Positions 49,514 to 61,300 of a stretch of 64,000 bases of DNA are shown piece by piece. The translations under genes were made by a program, and so were the position numbers. A model generated the notes under the pieces. That model was given only the letters and a program-made list of their open reading frames with translations, was not told where the DNA came from and ran no database searches. The stretch's first letter is position 1. Each line of letters opens with the position of its first letter. The stretch is from the NCBI GenBank assembly GCA_963695545.1, contig OY968796.1, forward strand, positions 2,656,001-2,720,000, read 5' to 3'. The DNA is from Terriglobia bacterium (GTDB lineage Bacteria > Acidobacteriota > Terriglobia > Acidiferrales > UBA7541).

Positions 49514-52495
49514 ATGAATCGAAAAGCAATGCCACGGACTACGTCGATCTGTGCGTTTGCGCTTGTGCTGGCCGTTGCGGTTTCCATTCCGCTACATGCA
49601 TTTCCCATTCGATCGCTGCCGGACGGCTATACGCGCCGGGTGTGGCAGATGTCGGACGGCCTGCCGGAAAATACGGTGCAGGCGTTTGCGCAGACGCCCG
49701 ATCACTACCTCTGGATCGGAACCACCGGCGGCCTGGTGCGCTTCGACGGCGACCGGTTTGTGATTTTCACGCGCGAAAATACCCACGAAATCCACGACAA
49801 CAGCATTTTCTCGCTGATGGTGGCGCAGGACGGCGGGCTCTGGGCGGGCACCGATGGCGGAGGCGTGTTTCGCTACAAGGATGGGGCGTTCCGTTCCTAC
49901 ACGGAAGCGGACGGGCTGGGCGACCTGCATGTTCGCGTGGTGTATCAGGATCACACGGGCACGATTTGGGCGGGGACGGACGCGGGCCTATTTCGATTGG
50001 ACGGCGATCGCTTCACGCGGATCGATGGCCAAGGAAACGTTCCGAGCCTGGCTGTGCACGGTATGCGCGAGGATCATCTGGGAAGGCTGTGGGTGGGCGG
50101 ATCGAAGCTGCTGATGATTGAGGGCAACAATTGCCGCGAATTTTCGCTGAGCGGCGGGCCGAGCGCGAGCCGCGTGAAATCCATTTTCGAGACGAGCGAT
50201 GGGACCGTGTGGGTGGGGACGGTGGCGGGTCTCTCGAGGATGCTGCCTGGAGAGGGGCATTTTGAAGAAGTGCCGGGAATCACGAGCACGGTTCGCGTGC
50301 TGAGACAGGACCGCGACGGCACGTTATGGATCGGGAGCATCGGCGCGGGACTGATGCGCTATCAAGACGGCAGCTTCAGTTCCGTGGCGACGCCGGACGA
50401 TCCGCCGAGCAGCACGGTGCTTTCGGTATTCGAGGATTCGGAACAAAACATTTGGGTGGGCTTGCAGACCGGACTGTTGCGGCTGAGCCGGACGTCGCTG
50501 AGCACGTTTCCGCTGCCGGGCGCGCAGAACGCGGATTTTGGCACGGTGTACGCGGATCGCGATGGGTCGTTGTGGGTGGCGGCGTCGCATTTGTATCGCA
50601 TCGAGCCGCGGCGCAATCGTTCGGTGGAAGTTCCCGACCCCGAGCCGGGAATGCGCGTGCGCTGCGTTTTCCGCGATCGCGCGGGCGATTGGTGGGTTGG
50701 CACCGAGGGGCACGGCGTGTTCCTGACGCGCGGAAGCGAGCACATCCATTACACCAAGGGAACGGGATTGGTGAACGACTTCGTGCGCGTGTTTCTGGAG
50801 AGCCGCGACGGCAGCGTGTGGATCGGCACGGATGAAGGCGTGAGCCGCTGGCACAACGGCGAATTCACGAATTATGAAATGAGCAATGGGCTTTCGTATT
50901 TCAGCATTCGCGCGCTGTTGCAGGATAGCCGCGACGACGTGTGGATCGGAACCGAGCAGGGCGTGAACCGCTGGCACGACGGGCAATTCGTGAGCGACGA
51001 CGTGACGCGCGCGCTGCACGACGACAAAGTGTGGACGATTCACGAGGACCGCGACGGAGGGTTGTGGTTCGGCACGCTGGGCGATGGATTGTTCCGCTGG
51101 CGCGATGGGAAGCTGACGCATTTCACGACCGAGCAGGGTCTGGCGAGCAACAGTATTTACGAAATTCTGGAAGACCCGCGCGGCACATTCTGGATGAGCG
51201 GGCCGGACGGAATTTCGTCGGTAGCGAGAAACGACCTGGATCAATTCGCGCGCGATCCGAAATTCCGCCCGGCGGTGACGCTGTATGGATTATCCGACGG
51301 GATCGAGGCCACGCAGATGCACGGCGGCGTGCAGCCGGCGGGATGCCTTACGGCGAACGGCGAAGTGTGGTTTCCAAGCAATCGCGGGCCGGTGAGGATC
51401 GAGCCGAATCAGACGCGGCCGGAGGGGCTCGCGCAGGTGGTGATCGAAAGCGTGCTGGTGGATGGACGCGAGACGGCGACGTCGGGGCAATTGGTTGTGC
51501 CGCCCGGACAGGGAAGACTGCAGATTGAATATGCCGCGATTCGATTGAGATCGCAGGAGCGCATTCGTTTTCGCTATCGACTGATCCCATTCGACCACGA
51601 GTGGATTGAGGCGTTGCAAAACCGCGTGGCGAATTACACCAATCTTCCTCCGGGCCAGTATCAATTTCAGGTGCAGGCGTTTGAGACGAATATGCCGGAG
51701 AAGGTGACGGACGCATCGTTGGGAATCGATTGGCGGCCGCACATTTACCGGACGCGATGGTTTCTTGGTCTGTGCGCGGCTGGAATTATCGCGCTCGCGT
51801 TTCTTTTTTTCCGAGTGCGGCTCGGGCAGGTGCACACCCGATTCGCCGCGGTGCTGGCGGAACGCAATCGCATCGCGCGAGAGATGCACGACACGGTGAT
51901 TCAGGGATGCACGAGCACTTCGGCACTGCTTGAGGCCGTGGTGTCGCTCGCGCCGAGCCTGGACGGCGAGACGCGCGCGTTGCTGGATTCGGCGCGCGAC
52001 CAAGTGCGATCAACGGTGGAGGAAGCGCGGGAGGCGGTGTGGAATTTGCGGCGCGGGGAACACGCGGCGCCGGAAATCGGTCCGCTGCTGGACGAAATCG
52101 CGCGGCAAGCGAGCCATCTTTCGCACGTGCCGGTGAAGTTCGACGCGCGCGGCAAGGCCGTGCCGCTCGATGGCGACGCGGAACACGTGCTGCTGATGGT
52201 GGCGCGCGAAGCGGTCTATAATGCCGTGCGGCACGCACAGCCAACGGAGGTGCGCATCAACGTGCACTTCGTGGGAGATTCGGCGCGGATCGAGGTGGCC
52301 GACGACGGCTGCGGATTCGATCCGGCGGCGGTGATGGTGCTCGAAGGCGCGCATTTTGGCCTGGTCGGAATGCGTGAACGTGTGGAAAGCGTGGGCGGGC
52401 GATTCAGCGTGGATAGCGCGGTGGCCAAGGGAACGCGGATTTGCGCCGAGGTTCCGGTTCGCGCGACGAACGGGAAAAAATGGGCAGCAGCGTAA
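49514..52495 (+). CDS. Sensor histidine kinase with beta-propeller (Reg_prop) repeats, Y_Y_Y domain and HisKA_3/HATPase
   Basis: Repeated DxxGxLWxGTxxG blades; NYTNLPPGQYQFQV; ERNRIAREMHDT; NAVRHA; DDGCGF; HFGLVGMRER. Start uncertain (49514 or 49529). Confidence 0.9.
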   Translation: MNRKAMPRTTSICAFALVLAVAVSIPLHAFPIRSLPDGYTRRVWQMSDGLPENTVQAFAQTPDHYLWIGTTGGLVRFDGDRFVIFTRENTHEIHDNSIFSLMVAQDGGLWAGTDGGGVFRYKDGAFRSYTEADGLGDLHVRVVYQDHTGTIWAGTDAGLFRLDGDRFTRIDGQGNVPSLAVHGMREDHLGRLWVGGSKLLMIEGNNCREFSLSGGPSASRVKSIFETSDGTVWVGTVAGLSRMLPGEGHFEEVPGITSTVRVLRQDRDGTLWIGSIGAGLMRYQDGSFSSVATPDDPPSSTVLSVFEDSEQNIWVGLQTGLLRLSRTSLSTFPLPGAQNADFGTVYADRDGSLWVAASHLYRIEPRRNRSVEVPDPEPGMRVRCVFRDRAGDWWVGTEGHGVFLTRGSEHIHYTKGTGLVNDFVRVFLESRDGSVWIGTDEGVSRWHNGEFTNYEMSNGLSYFSIRALLQDSRDDVWIGTEQGVNRWHDGQFVSDDVTRALHDDKVWTIHEDRDGGLWFGTLGDGLFRWRDGKLTHFTTEQGLASNSIYEILEDPRGTFWMSGPDGISSVARNDLDQFARDPKFRPAVTLYGLSDGIEATQMHGGVQPAGCLTANGEVWFPSNRGPVRIEPNQTRPEGLAQVVIESVLVDGRETATSGQLVVPPGQGRLQIEYAAIRLRSQERIRFRYRLIPFDHEWIEALQNRVANYTNLPPGQYQFQVQAFETNMPEKVTDASLGIDWRPHIYRTRWFLGLCAAGIIALAFLFFRVRLGQVHTRFAAVLAERNRIAREMHDTVIQGCTSTSALLEAVVSLAPSLDGETRALLDSARDQVRSTVEEAREAVWNLRRGEHAAPEIGPLLDEIARQASHLSHVPVKFDARGKAVPLDGDAEHVLLMVAREAVYNAVRHAQPTEVRINVHFVGDSARIEVADDGCGFDPAAVMVLEGAHFGLVGMRERVESVGGRFSVDSAVAKGTRICAEVPVRATNGKKWAAA

Positions 52496-52521
52496 AGACG
52501 CATCGAGCAGCGGAGATTCAT

Positions 52522-53151
52522 ATGACGACGCCGCAAAAAACAAGTGTGCTGGTGGTTGACGATCATCCGATCATGCGCCTGGGCGTGGCGGCAATCATCA
52601 ACGCGCAACACGATATGAAGGTGTGCGCGCATGTGGGCACGGGCGAAGAGGCGGTGGAGAGTTTCAAGAAGCTGCGCCCCGATATCACGCTGATGGATTT
52701 GCGCTTGCCGAAGATGAGCGGGCTTGAGGCGCTGCGCGCGATCCGGCGAATTGACGCGCATGCCCGGAGCATCGTGCTTACAACGTATGAAGGCGACGAA
52801 GACATTCATCAGGCGATTGCGGCCGGGGCGCTCGGATACATCATCAAGGGAATGTCGCACGAGACGCTGGTGAACGCGCTGCGCAAGGTGCGTTCTGGGA
52901 TGCGATTTCTGCCGCCGCCGGTGGTGCGCAGCTTGGCCGACCGCACGCCGAATTCGGATCTGAGCCCGCGGGAACGGGAAGTACTCTCGCTGATCGTGCA
53001 CGGCAGGACCAACAAGGAAATTGCCAGCGCGCTGGGGATCACCGAGGCCACGGTGAAGTGCCACGTGAGCGTGATCCTTCTGCAGTTGGGCGTGACGGAC
53101 CGAACGCAGGCGGCCATGGAGGCCCTGCATCGGGGCCTAGAGCACCTTTAG
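52522..53151 (+). CDS. NarL/LuxR-family response regulator
   Basis: VVDDH, MDLRLP and LSPREREVL..TNKEIA..TVKCHV motifs; GGAGA RBS. Confidence 0.93.
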   Translation: MTTPQKTSVLVVDDHPIMRLGVAAIINAQHDMKVCAHVGTGEEAVESFKKLRPDITLMDLRLPKMSGLEALRAIRRIDAHARSIVLTTYEGDEDIHQAIAAGALGYIIKGMSHETLVNALRKVRSGMRFLPPPVVRSLADRTPNSDLSPREREVLSLIVHGRTNKEIASALGITEATVKCHVSVILLQLGVTDRTQAAMEALHRGLEHL

Positions 53152-53181
53152 GCAGCAAATTAGAGCGTTTCGAGCTTGATT

Positions 53182-53199
53182 ATCCTACCTTAGTCGGAT
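53182..53199. promoter_or_regulatory. Candidate response-regulator binding palindrome ATCCTAC-N4-GTCGGAT
   Basis: 6/7 inverted repeat between the NarL-type regulator and the GH35 gene. Confidence 0.35.
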
Positions 53200-53253
53200 T
53201 TCCGTGAGGCATCGCTCGGGTAGAGTTGGCGGCGACGCATGCCCTGACTCGAC

Positions 53254-55737
53254 ATGAAATCACTCCTGCGGATTTGCATTCCCCTCGTTTTGCTTCTTGC
53301 GATCGGGCCTGTAACAAGGCGCGGTGTGTTCGCGCAACCGGAATCGCCGGTGGCGTCGGCGCCGGCGGTGGTGATCGATGCTTCGAAAGCGGCTGCGCCG
53401 CCGCAGCCGTTGTGGTTCGCCGTGGGCGGACGGTCAGCCGGAGGCGAAACGCTTGGCGCGAACAGCCGGTATCTTCTGCGCGATGGGAAGCCGTGGTTTC
53501 CGGTGATGGGAGAATTTCAATTTTCGCGCTATCCCGAAAATGAATGGGAAGACGAAATACTGAAGATGAAGGCCGGAGGGATCCAGATCGTTTCGACGTA
53601 TGTTTTCTGGATTCACGTTGAAGAGATCGAGGGGCAATTCGATTGGACGGGGCAGCGGAGTCTGCGCCGATTTGTCGAGCTCTGCCGGAAACACGGAATG
53701 TATGTGTGGGTGCGCATCGGGCCGTGGGATCACGGCGAAGCGCGCAACGGAGGATTTCCGGACTGGCTGGTGAGCAACGGCCAGCCGACGCGACAGATCG
53801 ATCCCGTCTACCTTCGGCATGTGAGCCAGCTGTACGATCAGATCGGCGAACAGTTGCGCGGGCTGCTATGGAGGGACGGCGGGCCGGTGATCGGAGTGCA
53901 GCTCGAGAACGAATACCACGAGCGCGGTCCCGGCAAGGGCGCGGATTACATCATGGCGCTGCGGAAACTCGCGCTGCAGGCTGGATTAAACGTGCCGTTC
54001 TTTACGGTGACGGGATGGGACGATGCGGTGATTCCGCCGGACGACTTTCTTCCGGTCTTCGGGGGATACGAGGACGCGTTCTGGAGCCGAAGCATCGAAG
54101 AACTTCCTCCGAACTCAAATTATTTTTTTACGCCGATTCGGCGAGATGAGGATGTGGGCGACGATCTGCAGTCGAAGCACGCCGATATCGACGCGCTCGA
54201 TGCGCGTTATCCGTTCCTGACGGCGGAAATGGGCGGAGGGATGGAAACGTCGTATCACCGCCGGCCGCTGATTGCGGCGGACGATATTGCGGCGATGGAG
54301 GTGACGAAGCTCGGGTCGGGCGTTTCGCTTTACGGATACTACATGTTTCAGGGAGGAACGAATCCCGAGGGTAAACTGACAACTCTTGAGGAATCGCAGG
54401 CCACTGGATATCCAAACGACTTGCCGGTGAAGTCGTATGATTTTCAGGCGCCGCTGGGAGAGTTTGGTCAGTTGCACGATTCGTTTCGCGCGCTGAAGAT
54501 ATTCCATTTGTTCCTTGGCGATTTCGGAACGAGCCTCGCGCCGATGACGCCGTATTTCCCCGAGACAGTGCCCGCGAGTAAAGCTGACACCGCGACGCCG
54601 CGGGTTGCGGCGCGCATGCAGGGCGATCGCGGATTCATATTCATCAACAATTACCAGCGGCTTCATCCGCTGCCTGCGAGGGTGAATTTTCAAGTGAAGC
54701 TCGAAACGTCGTCGGGCGCGATCGAAATTCCGCGCGAGCCGGTGAACATTCCGAGTGGAGCGTATACGATTTGGCCCGTCAATCTCGATCTGGGGCCGGC
54801 GGTGCTTCGGTATGCAACCGCGCAACCACTTTGCCGGCTGCGCGAGCAGAACACATTCGTATTTTTCGCCTGGCCGGGCGTTGCACCCGAATTTGCGATC
54901 GAGGAGAAAGGCGGCAGCTCGATTAATGCTCCTCACGCGCAACTTGCGCGAAGCCAGGGAGCTGCGATTGTGTCTGGGATCGAGCCGGGGACTGGGAATG
55001 CGATCGAAATTCGGGATCGAACGGGCGAGGCCACTCGAATCATTGTTCTTTCGCGAGAGCAGGCTCTCGACGCGTGGAAAGTTTCTCTTGCGGGGCGTGA
55101 GCGGCTGATTCTATCGGTTGCAGATTTATTTTTCGATGGAGATCGCATGCATTTACGCGCAAGCGATCCCGCGCTGCTTGAGGCTGGATTTTTTCCGGCG
55201 TGGGCTCGGCCGCCCGCGGGATTCGTGGACGCTGGCCGTGATGGCGTTTTCGAGCGCTACGCGGTGTCGCCACGGCCGGCGTCGCTCGATGTTACGGCTT
55301 CGGTGCAGGAATCAGATCAGGGCGACGACGATCCGCCTCCGGCCAGGATCGGCCACGGAGTGGCGATGGCTCCAGACGAGGCAGAGTTTGACAACGCTCC
55401 GCGTTGGACGATTCGCGTTCCGGGCGCGGTGGCGCCGAACGACATGCTTTTGAGTGTCCAGTATGAAGGCGATATCGCACGGCTTTATGCGGGCGGAAAG
55501 CTCTTCACGGACAATTTTTACAACGGGTCCGCGTGGGAGATCGGACTTCAGCGATTTTCGGCACAGCAACTGGAGCAGGGGCTCGAGTTGCGTATCCTTC
55601 CGCTGCGCAAGGACACCCCGATCTATCTCCCCGCTGGGGCGCGCCCCACGTTTCCGGCGTCCGGAGAAATTGCGAAGCTGCTTAGCGTGCGCGTGATTCC
55701 GGAATACGAAGTGGTGAGGGATTTGGGACATGAATAG
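53254..55737 (+). CDS. Beta-galactosidase, GH35
   Basis: Signal peptide; GEFQFSR, KMKAGG..TYVFWIH, GGPVIGVQLENEY, YYMFQGGTN and YDFQAPLGEFG motifs. Confidence 0.88.
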   Translation: MKSLLRICIPLVLLLAIGPVTRRGVFAQPESPVASAPAVVIDASKAAAPPQPLWFAVGGRSAGGETLGANSRYLLRDGKPWFPVMGEFQFSRYPENEWEDEILKMKAGGIQIVSTYVFWIHVEEIEGQFDWTGQRSLRRFVELCRKHGMYVWVRIGPWDHGEARNGGFPDWLVSNGQPTRQIDPVYLRHVSQLYDQIGEQLRGLLWRDGGPVIGVQLENEYHERGPGKGADYIMALRKLALQAGLNVPFFTVTGWDDAVIPPDDFLPVFGGYEDAFWSRSIEELPPNSNYFFTPIRRDEDVGDDLQSKHADIDALDARYPFLTAEMGGGMETSYHRRPLIAADDIAAMEVTKLGSGVSLYGYYMFQGGTNPEGKLTTLEESQATGYPNDLPVKSYDFQAPLGEFGQLHDSFRALKIFHLFLGDFGTSLAPMTPYFPETVPASKADTATPRVAARMQGDRGFIFINNYQRLHPLPARVNFQVKLETSSGAIEIPREPVNIPSGAYTIWPVNLDLGPAVLRYATAQPLCRLREQNTFVFFAWPGVAPEFAIEEKGGSSINAPHAQLARSQGAAIVSGIEPGTGNAIEIRDRTGEATRIIVLSREQALDAWKVSLAGRERLILSVADLFFDGDRMHLRASDPALLEAGFFPAWARPPAGFVDAGRDGVFERYAVSPRPASLDVTASVQESDQGDDDPPPARIGHGVAMAPDEAEFDNAPRWTIRVPGAVAPNDMLLSVQYEGDIARLYAGGKLFTDNFYNGSAWEIGLQRFSAQQLEQGLELRILPLRKDTPIYLPAGARPTFPASGEIAKLLSVRVIPEYEVVRDLGHE

Positions 55738-56785
55738 AGGCAGATGGCTGATGCACGTCATTTCGGCGGCGGTCCTCACGCTGTTTCTTGGCGCCGGCGC
55801 TCGGGCGCAAAGTTCCGAATACGCAGTCGGCGCCGACGTATCTTTCCTGAAAGCGGCGGAGGACGGCGGGAAAGTATTTAAGGATAACGGCCAGACCAAG
55901 CCCGCGCTCGAAATTCTGAAAGATCATGGATACAACTGGGTTCGACTGCGCGTGTTCAACGCGCCGAAGGAACTCCCCAACAATCTGCAGTACACCATCG
56001 CTCTTGCGCAGGAGGCAAAGGCGCTGGGCTTTCATATTCTCCTCGATTTTCATTATTCCGATACCTGGGCCGATCCGGGCAAGCAATTTATCCCCGTTGC
56101 TTGGCAGGGCATGACGCACGCGCAGCTCGTGCAAGCGGTGTTTGAGTACACGCGCGACACGATCACGTCAATGCGCACGGCGGGCGTGCTGCCGGACATG
56201 GTTCAGGTCGGCAATGAGATCACGAACGGGATGCTCTGGCCCGACGGCAAGCTCCCGGACAATTGGGACAATTTTGCGGACTTCATTCAAGCAGGCATTG
56301 CCGGCGTGCGCGCTGGCAGCGGCAACGGGCCGATGCCGCGAATCATGATTCACATCGACCGCGGCGGCGATATGATTCGCACCAAGCAATTCTTCGACAA
56401 GCTCAACTCCTACCACGTGCCCTACGACGTTATCGGGCAATCGTACTATCCCTGGTGGCAGGGCAGCCTGAACGATTTGCGCGCAAATTTGCTTTTTATG
56501 GCGCGCGAGTACAAAAAGCCGATCATCGTCGTGGAATCGGCGTATTCATCGGCTCCGGCGAACTATAAGAACAAGGCCGGACCGTTCCCGGAAACGCCCG
56601 ACGGGCAAGCGCAGTTTCTCGATGAGTTGAATCGCGTGGTACAAGAAACGCCGGATGGACTGGGCGCGGGCGTGTTGTGGTGGGAACCGGCCGTGGCTGG
56701 ATCGCTCGGTTCGCGCGGATTCTTCGACGCCGACGGCAACGCGCTTCCCGTGATTCGCGTCTTCGACAAATTCACGCTGCACTAA
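55730..56785 (+). CDS. Arabinogalactan endo-1,4-beta-galactanase, GH53
   Basis: GADVSF, VRLRVF, LLDFHYSDTWADPGKQ, VQVGNEI, SYYPWW and WWEPA motifs. Confidence 0.93.
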   Translation: MNRGRWLMHVISAAVLTLFLGAGARAQSSEYAVGADVSFLKAAEDGGKVFKDNGQTKPALEILKDHGYNWVRLRVFNAPKELPNNLQYTIALAQEAKALGFHILLDFHYSDTWADPGKQFIPVAWQGMTHAQLVQAVFEYTRDTITSMRTAGVLPDMVQVGNEITNGMLWPDGKLPDNWDNFADFIQAGIAGVRAGSGNGPMPRIMIHIDRGGDMIRTKQFFDKLNSYHVPYDVIGQSYYPWWQGSLNDLRANLLFMAREYKKPIIVVESAYSSAPANYKNKAGPFPETPDGQAQFLDELNRVVQETPDGLGAGVLWWEPAVAGSLGSRGFFDADGNALPVIRVFDKFTLH

Positions 56786-56814
56786 ATCGAATGGGGGAGA
56801 TGGAGCGGGCGTCG

Positions 56815-58128
56815 CTATTGTGAGGAGTCTGGAGTAGTGGGAGCATCGGACGCATCGGGCGTTACGTCTTTATCTCCTTGCGGGTGTTTTTTCATCTCCA
56901 TGTAGATCTGTCTTACCTGATCCTTGGTTTCTTTGATCTCTTCAAATAATTTCAATTCCTTCGCCGCGTCATCGGGCATGTTGAGCCGCTTGTAGACCGT
57001 GCTCAGCCGGTAGTGGGCTTCGCCGTTCAGTGGATCGGCCGCAACCGCCATGCGCAAGTATTTCAGCGCGTCCTCTGGCTTGCCGAGGAGCATTAGCACG
57101 TGGCCAAGGCCGAGTTGCGCGTCCACGCTCGCTGGATTCATTGCGAACGCGCGCTGGTAATGCGTGTAGGCGCCCGGCGTATCCGATTGAATCAAGGCGA
57201 TGGCGCCCAACTCGGATTCGATGTTGGCGTTGTCTCCTTCGGTCTGAATAGCGTCTTCGAGTTCCTTTTGCGCCTCGGCCTGCGCGTCCGGTTTCGACGG
57301 CGCGGATTCAAGGATCGCTTCGGCCAATTCGTAGCGCACTCCAGGCATGTGCGGATCCAATTCGAGGCATTTTCTGTAATGCTCGATCGCGCCATCGGCG
57401 TCGCCCTCGTTCACCAGGTGCTCGGCGATCACTTGCTGCATGCGCGCCGATCCCGGGGCAACGATCGTCAACTTATTGAGCGTATCGTCGGCCATGTCGG
57501 CGTACACGAGCTGCGCGAAGTACAGGATGTCCACGTTGTCGGGATCGGCGGCGAGCAGCGATTGCACCATGCTCACAGTATGATCGAGGTCGCCCTGCTG
57601 GTAGTACAACTCGGCAAGTTCCATGCCGACCTGCGTTCGCAGATGCTTCTCCGTAAGCTTCGGATAGACGCTTTCAAGCGTCGCCTTGCCCGAGCTGCGG
57701 CCCATGCGAATCTCGCAGATGCCCAGCATGGCCTTGGTCTTCACGAGCGATGGCTCAATAGCTAGCGCGCGCTGGAAATCCGGGGCCGCGCTCTGACAAT
57801 CTCCTTCGAGGAAGCGCACGGCGCCGCGATTGGTAAGGGCCGCCGCGTTCTTGGGATCGATAGCCAGCACGGCATCGAACTCCTGAAGCGCGGCGTTCGC
57901 ATCGTTTGCCTGCAAGTCCTGAGCCGCTTTGCGAAAGTGATCCTGAATCTCCGCAGCGTGCGAAGGGCCGGTCTGCGCGGCCGAGAGCGCGAGAGCGCTT
58001 CCGAGAAGCAAGAGGATCAGGGCGAGTGGCCCGGCGAAGAGACGTGCCATGCGTTTCGCGGCGGCAGCTAAAGAAACGTCGATATCAAATGCAGGTTCGT
58101 TACCGTTCGAAGAAATTTGTTTTTTCAT
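56815..58128 (-). CDS. Exported tetratricopeptide-repeat protein
   Basis: Hydrophobic signal segment then repeated TPR helices (LAIDPKNAAAL, LELDP, ADPLNGEAHYRLS). Start may be the internal Met (MARLF). Confidence 0.8.
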   Translation of the reverse strand: MKKQISSNGNEPAFDIDVSLAAAAKRMARLFAGPLALILLLLGSALALSAAQTGPSHAAEIQDHFRKAAQDLQANDANAALQEFDAVLAIDPKNAAALTNRGAVRFLEGDCQSAAPDFQRALAIEPSLVKTKAMLGICEIRMGRSSGKATLESVYPKLTEKHLRTQVGMELAELYYQQGDLDHTVSMVQSLLAADPDNVDILYFAQLVYADMADDTLNKLTIVAPGSARMQQVIAEHLVNEGDADGAIEHYRKCLELDPHMPGVRYELAEAILESAPSKPDAQAEAQKELEDAIQTEGDNANIESELGAIALIQSDTPGAYTHYQRAFAMNPASVDAQLGLGHVLMLLGKPEDALKYLRMAVAADPLNGEAHYRLSTVYKRLNMPDDAAKELKLFEEIKETKDQVRQIYMEMKKHPQGDKDVTPDASDAPTTPDSSQ

Positions 58129-58296
58129 GGGAGAGCGAGGCCTGCCGCTAGATTTCGTCGGGCGACTTGCAAGAACGATTCCGCCGTCTCTCGATCACGA
58201 CCTCACCATATCACAGCGTGCAAATCGGAGTGGGCAGAAATTCCGCGCGAGATCGCCACACAAGGCATCGCACAAAATATCCTGCTTTGCCGGCGC

Positions 58297-58345
58297 AAAA
58301 AAAACTGCGGGGTGCGGAAGGGAGGCTTTCTTCCGCACCCCGCAG
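58297..58345 (-). terminator. Intrinsic terminator of the second TonB receptor gene
   Basis: Stem CTGCGGGGTGCGGAAG/CTTCCGCACCCCGCAG with an A8 run at 58297-58304. Confidence 0.88.
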
Positions 58346-58376
58346 GCTTGGGGTGGTACGAACTCAATCCCGACGC

Positions 58377-61300
58377 TCAGAACGTGAAGTGAGCGCCGAT
58401 CTGGACGTCGCGTGGGCCGCCGGTGACGCCGGTGATTGTGCCAGCCGAGCAGTCGGCCAAGAAGAGACCGGCGTTAGGATGGCCCGCTGGACACGCTGAC
58501 GATCCAACGGCAACGTTGTCATCCGGGTTGCTAAAGTTCGGATGATTGAACACGTTTGTGATGTCAGCCCTGATTTGAAGGCTCATGCCCTCGCGCCAGT
58601 GAAGTGGGAAGTCCTTCGAGACGCTGAAGTCCACGTCGCTGAAGTGCGGCCCGATCAGCGTGTCGCGTCCGACATCCCCGAAGGTTCCAGGCGCTGGATT
58701 GGTGAACGCAGCGGGGTTGAACCACTGCGAGTGTAGGCCAAGGTTTGACGGACTCCCGATGTTCGGGTTGCCCACCACGTTGGCGAAAAGTGTGGACCCG
58801 GCGCCATTGTTGGGAACGCCGGCGTTTAGGGAGTCTTGGAGGCCCGGATCAATCGCATCCTGACCGCTGCCGATCGTTGCCGTCTCCGGAGTCCCGGTGT
58901 GCCACTGGAAGAGACTGGAGACGCGCCAGCCGCCGACGATCTCGTCCAGCACACCGTGAAGTACGAATTGCCGACCGCTGCCGAAGGGCACTTCCCAGAC
59001 GATTTGACCGGTCACGGTATCAGCCGCATTGAAGCTAGACAGGCCGTAGTTGGCGATTGGGCTGAATGCATTCTGATAGGTACCAATGTTCGACCCGTGC
59101 CCGCCGCCGGTGCCGGTATCGAGCGATTTGGACCAGGCATAATTGGCCAGGAAGCTGAAGCCGTACGATGCCCTCTTTTGCGCGCGTATTTGCAGGGCGT
59201 TGTAGTTCGACCATCCGTCGTAGTTCTCGGCCACAATGGACTCGTATTGCGGCACAGGGCCCACGCAGTTCTGGTTGACGTTCGTCATGATGCCCTTGAC
59301 GGGTTCGTTGATTACCGGGCAGCTTGTGCCCAACTCGTTGAGTGGGGCCTGATCGGTATCCGTTTGGAAGTTCTCGTGCGTTCCGCGGGTGTAGACGTAG
59401 CCAGCATCCACCATGACGCCACCCATGAACTGATGCTGAATATCCAGCAGCCATTCCGACACGTAGCTCGTCGGTTCGTACCGCGGGTAATCCTCGACAC
59501 CTTGGTAGTTGAGTACCCCAGGATTTAGGCTCGCAAGCGTCGCGATCTGGAACGTACCGGCGGGCGGTCCAACATCCAGCTTGAATGCTGGCGTGCCAGG
59601 AGTGGACTCCGTGGGCGCGGTTCCCTGTAAGTAGTCGCCCGAGAAAAATGCAGCAGTTGCGCCGTCGGTGTAATTCTCCGCATCGCGTGGCGCGATGAAG
59701 ACGCCGTAGCTCGCCCGGATGGCCCAGTTTTGGCCGGGGGACCAAGCGATACCGATCCGGGGCGCGAACTCCCTGTAGTCGGAATTTTGGATCTTATCCA
59801 AGTAGGGCGTTGTTCCCCCGGTTGCCGTGTCGCCAGACCCGCCAAGGAGAACTGCTCCCTGAGCGCCGAGCGAGCATGTAAGGGCGGTTTGGTTGCACGT
59901 GTACGCCGTGGGATTAGGCAGGTTCGGGTCGTACGTGCCGAACTCGTTGAAGGAGACACCCCAGCCGGACTGTATCTGCCAGCGGAGGCCGAGGTTGAGC
60001 GTCACGTGAGAGGAGACTTTGAAGTCGTCGCCCAGGAACACACCGGAGGTCCAGTTGTGCTCACTTTCCTGGGGATCGCTGGTTACGAACCATTGATCGA
60101 CATCGCCTAGGACGAAGTCGGCGTAAGAGTTTCCGGTAACGTTTCCATTGAATCCGAAGGCGCCGGATTCGGAAGCACCCCAGTTGTTGTAGTTCTGATA
60201 GAACTTGTCGAACTCGCCGCCGACCTTGATGGTGTGCCTGCCGCGAATGAGCGTGAGGATATCCGAAAACGTGTAGGTTCCCTGGCCGAGGATGGCATTG
60301 ATATTGCCATTGCCACCTGCACCGCCCGAACCGACGTTAGTGGAGCCCTGCACCCCCAAATTGATCGCGCCATTTCCCGAGCTCGGCTCGATAACAACTT
60401 CGGGAAACTGGTTGTAGGGAGCATTGGAGCCGTAGGCCGGCTCAAGGCCAAGCGTCGTCGGAGTGCCCTTGTTCCAGGAGTATGGAAGGTAGGCGTCGTA
60501 CTCGCGCTCCGCCCCCGCACGAAATTCGTTCAGCGCGGTCGGGCTGATCGTCCAGGTTTCCGTCAATTGCCCGGTCAGGTTGTAATTGTTCGCCGTTTCG
60601 AACCCCGACGCGAGGCTGGGGTAGAGAGGATCGGCGGGGATATCCGTCACGAAAGCGGGGTAATAGTTCAAGCTAAACGAGACCTTCTGTTTGCTCGAGA
60701 TGTTGTAATCGAGCTTGCCCTCGTACCACGTATTCGTATTTTTGTTAGAAGCGGTATAGAGAAAATTATCGTTCGCCGGACAGGTAGGTGAGCTGGGGCA
60801 TCCACTAATCCATCCCGCAGCGGTTGCTGGGGGGAAGTAGGTCTGAAGATTTTTGGCTACGGTGGAGAAGTCCGTCGTCGGAATCGAAGTGGTCGTGCAG
60901 CCCGTGCATCCTGCAGGAACAGTGGTGAGCGGCTGACCGGTGAAATTCCCGGCTTCCATGGCAGTGGTCGGATAACTATATTCAGTTGGCGTCCCTGGGC
61001 TGACCGAGGGGTTGTATTGGTAGGCGAAAAAGAAAAACAATTTGTTCTTTAGGATCGGCCCGCCGACGGTCCCGCCATACAAGTTATAGTGCGTTACGGA
61101 CTTGTGTCCCGGCGTAGCTCCGTAAGTGGCGGCATTGAACACGGTGTTTTGGTCGTAAAGAAAACCGCTGCCATGCCACTGGTTCGTTCCGCTCTTGGTG
61201 ACCGCGTTAAACGCACTGAGAGCGTTGCCATACTCCGGACCGGAATTGGCTGTATTCATGCTGATTTCGGCAATCGTGTCGACAGGTACGATATTGTTGC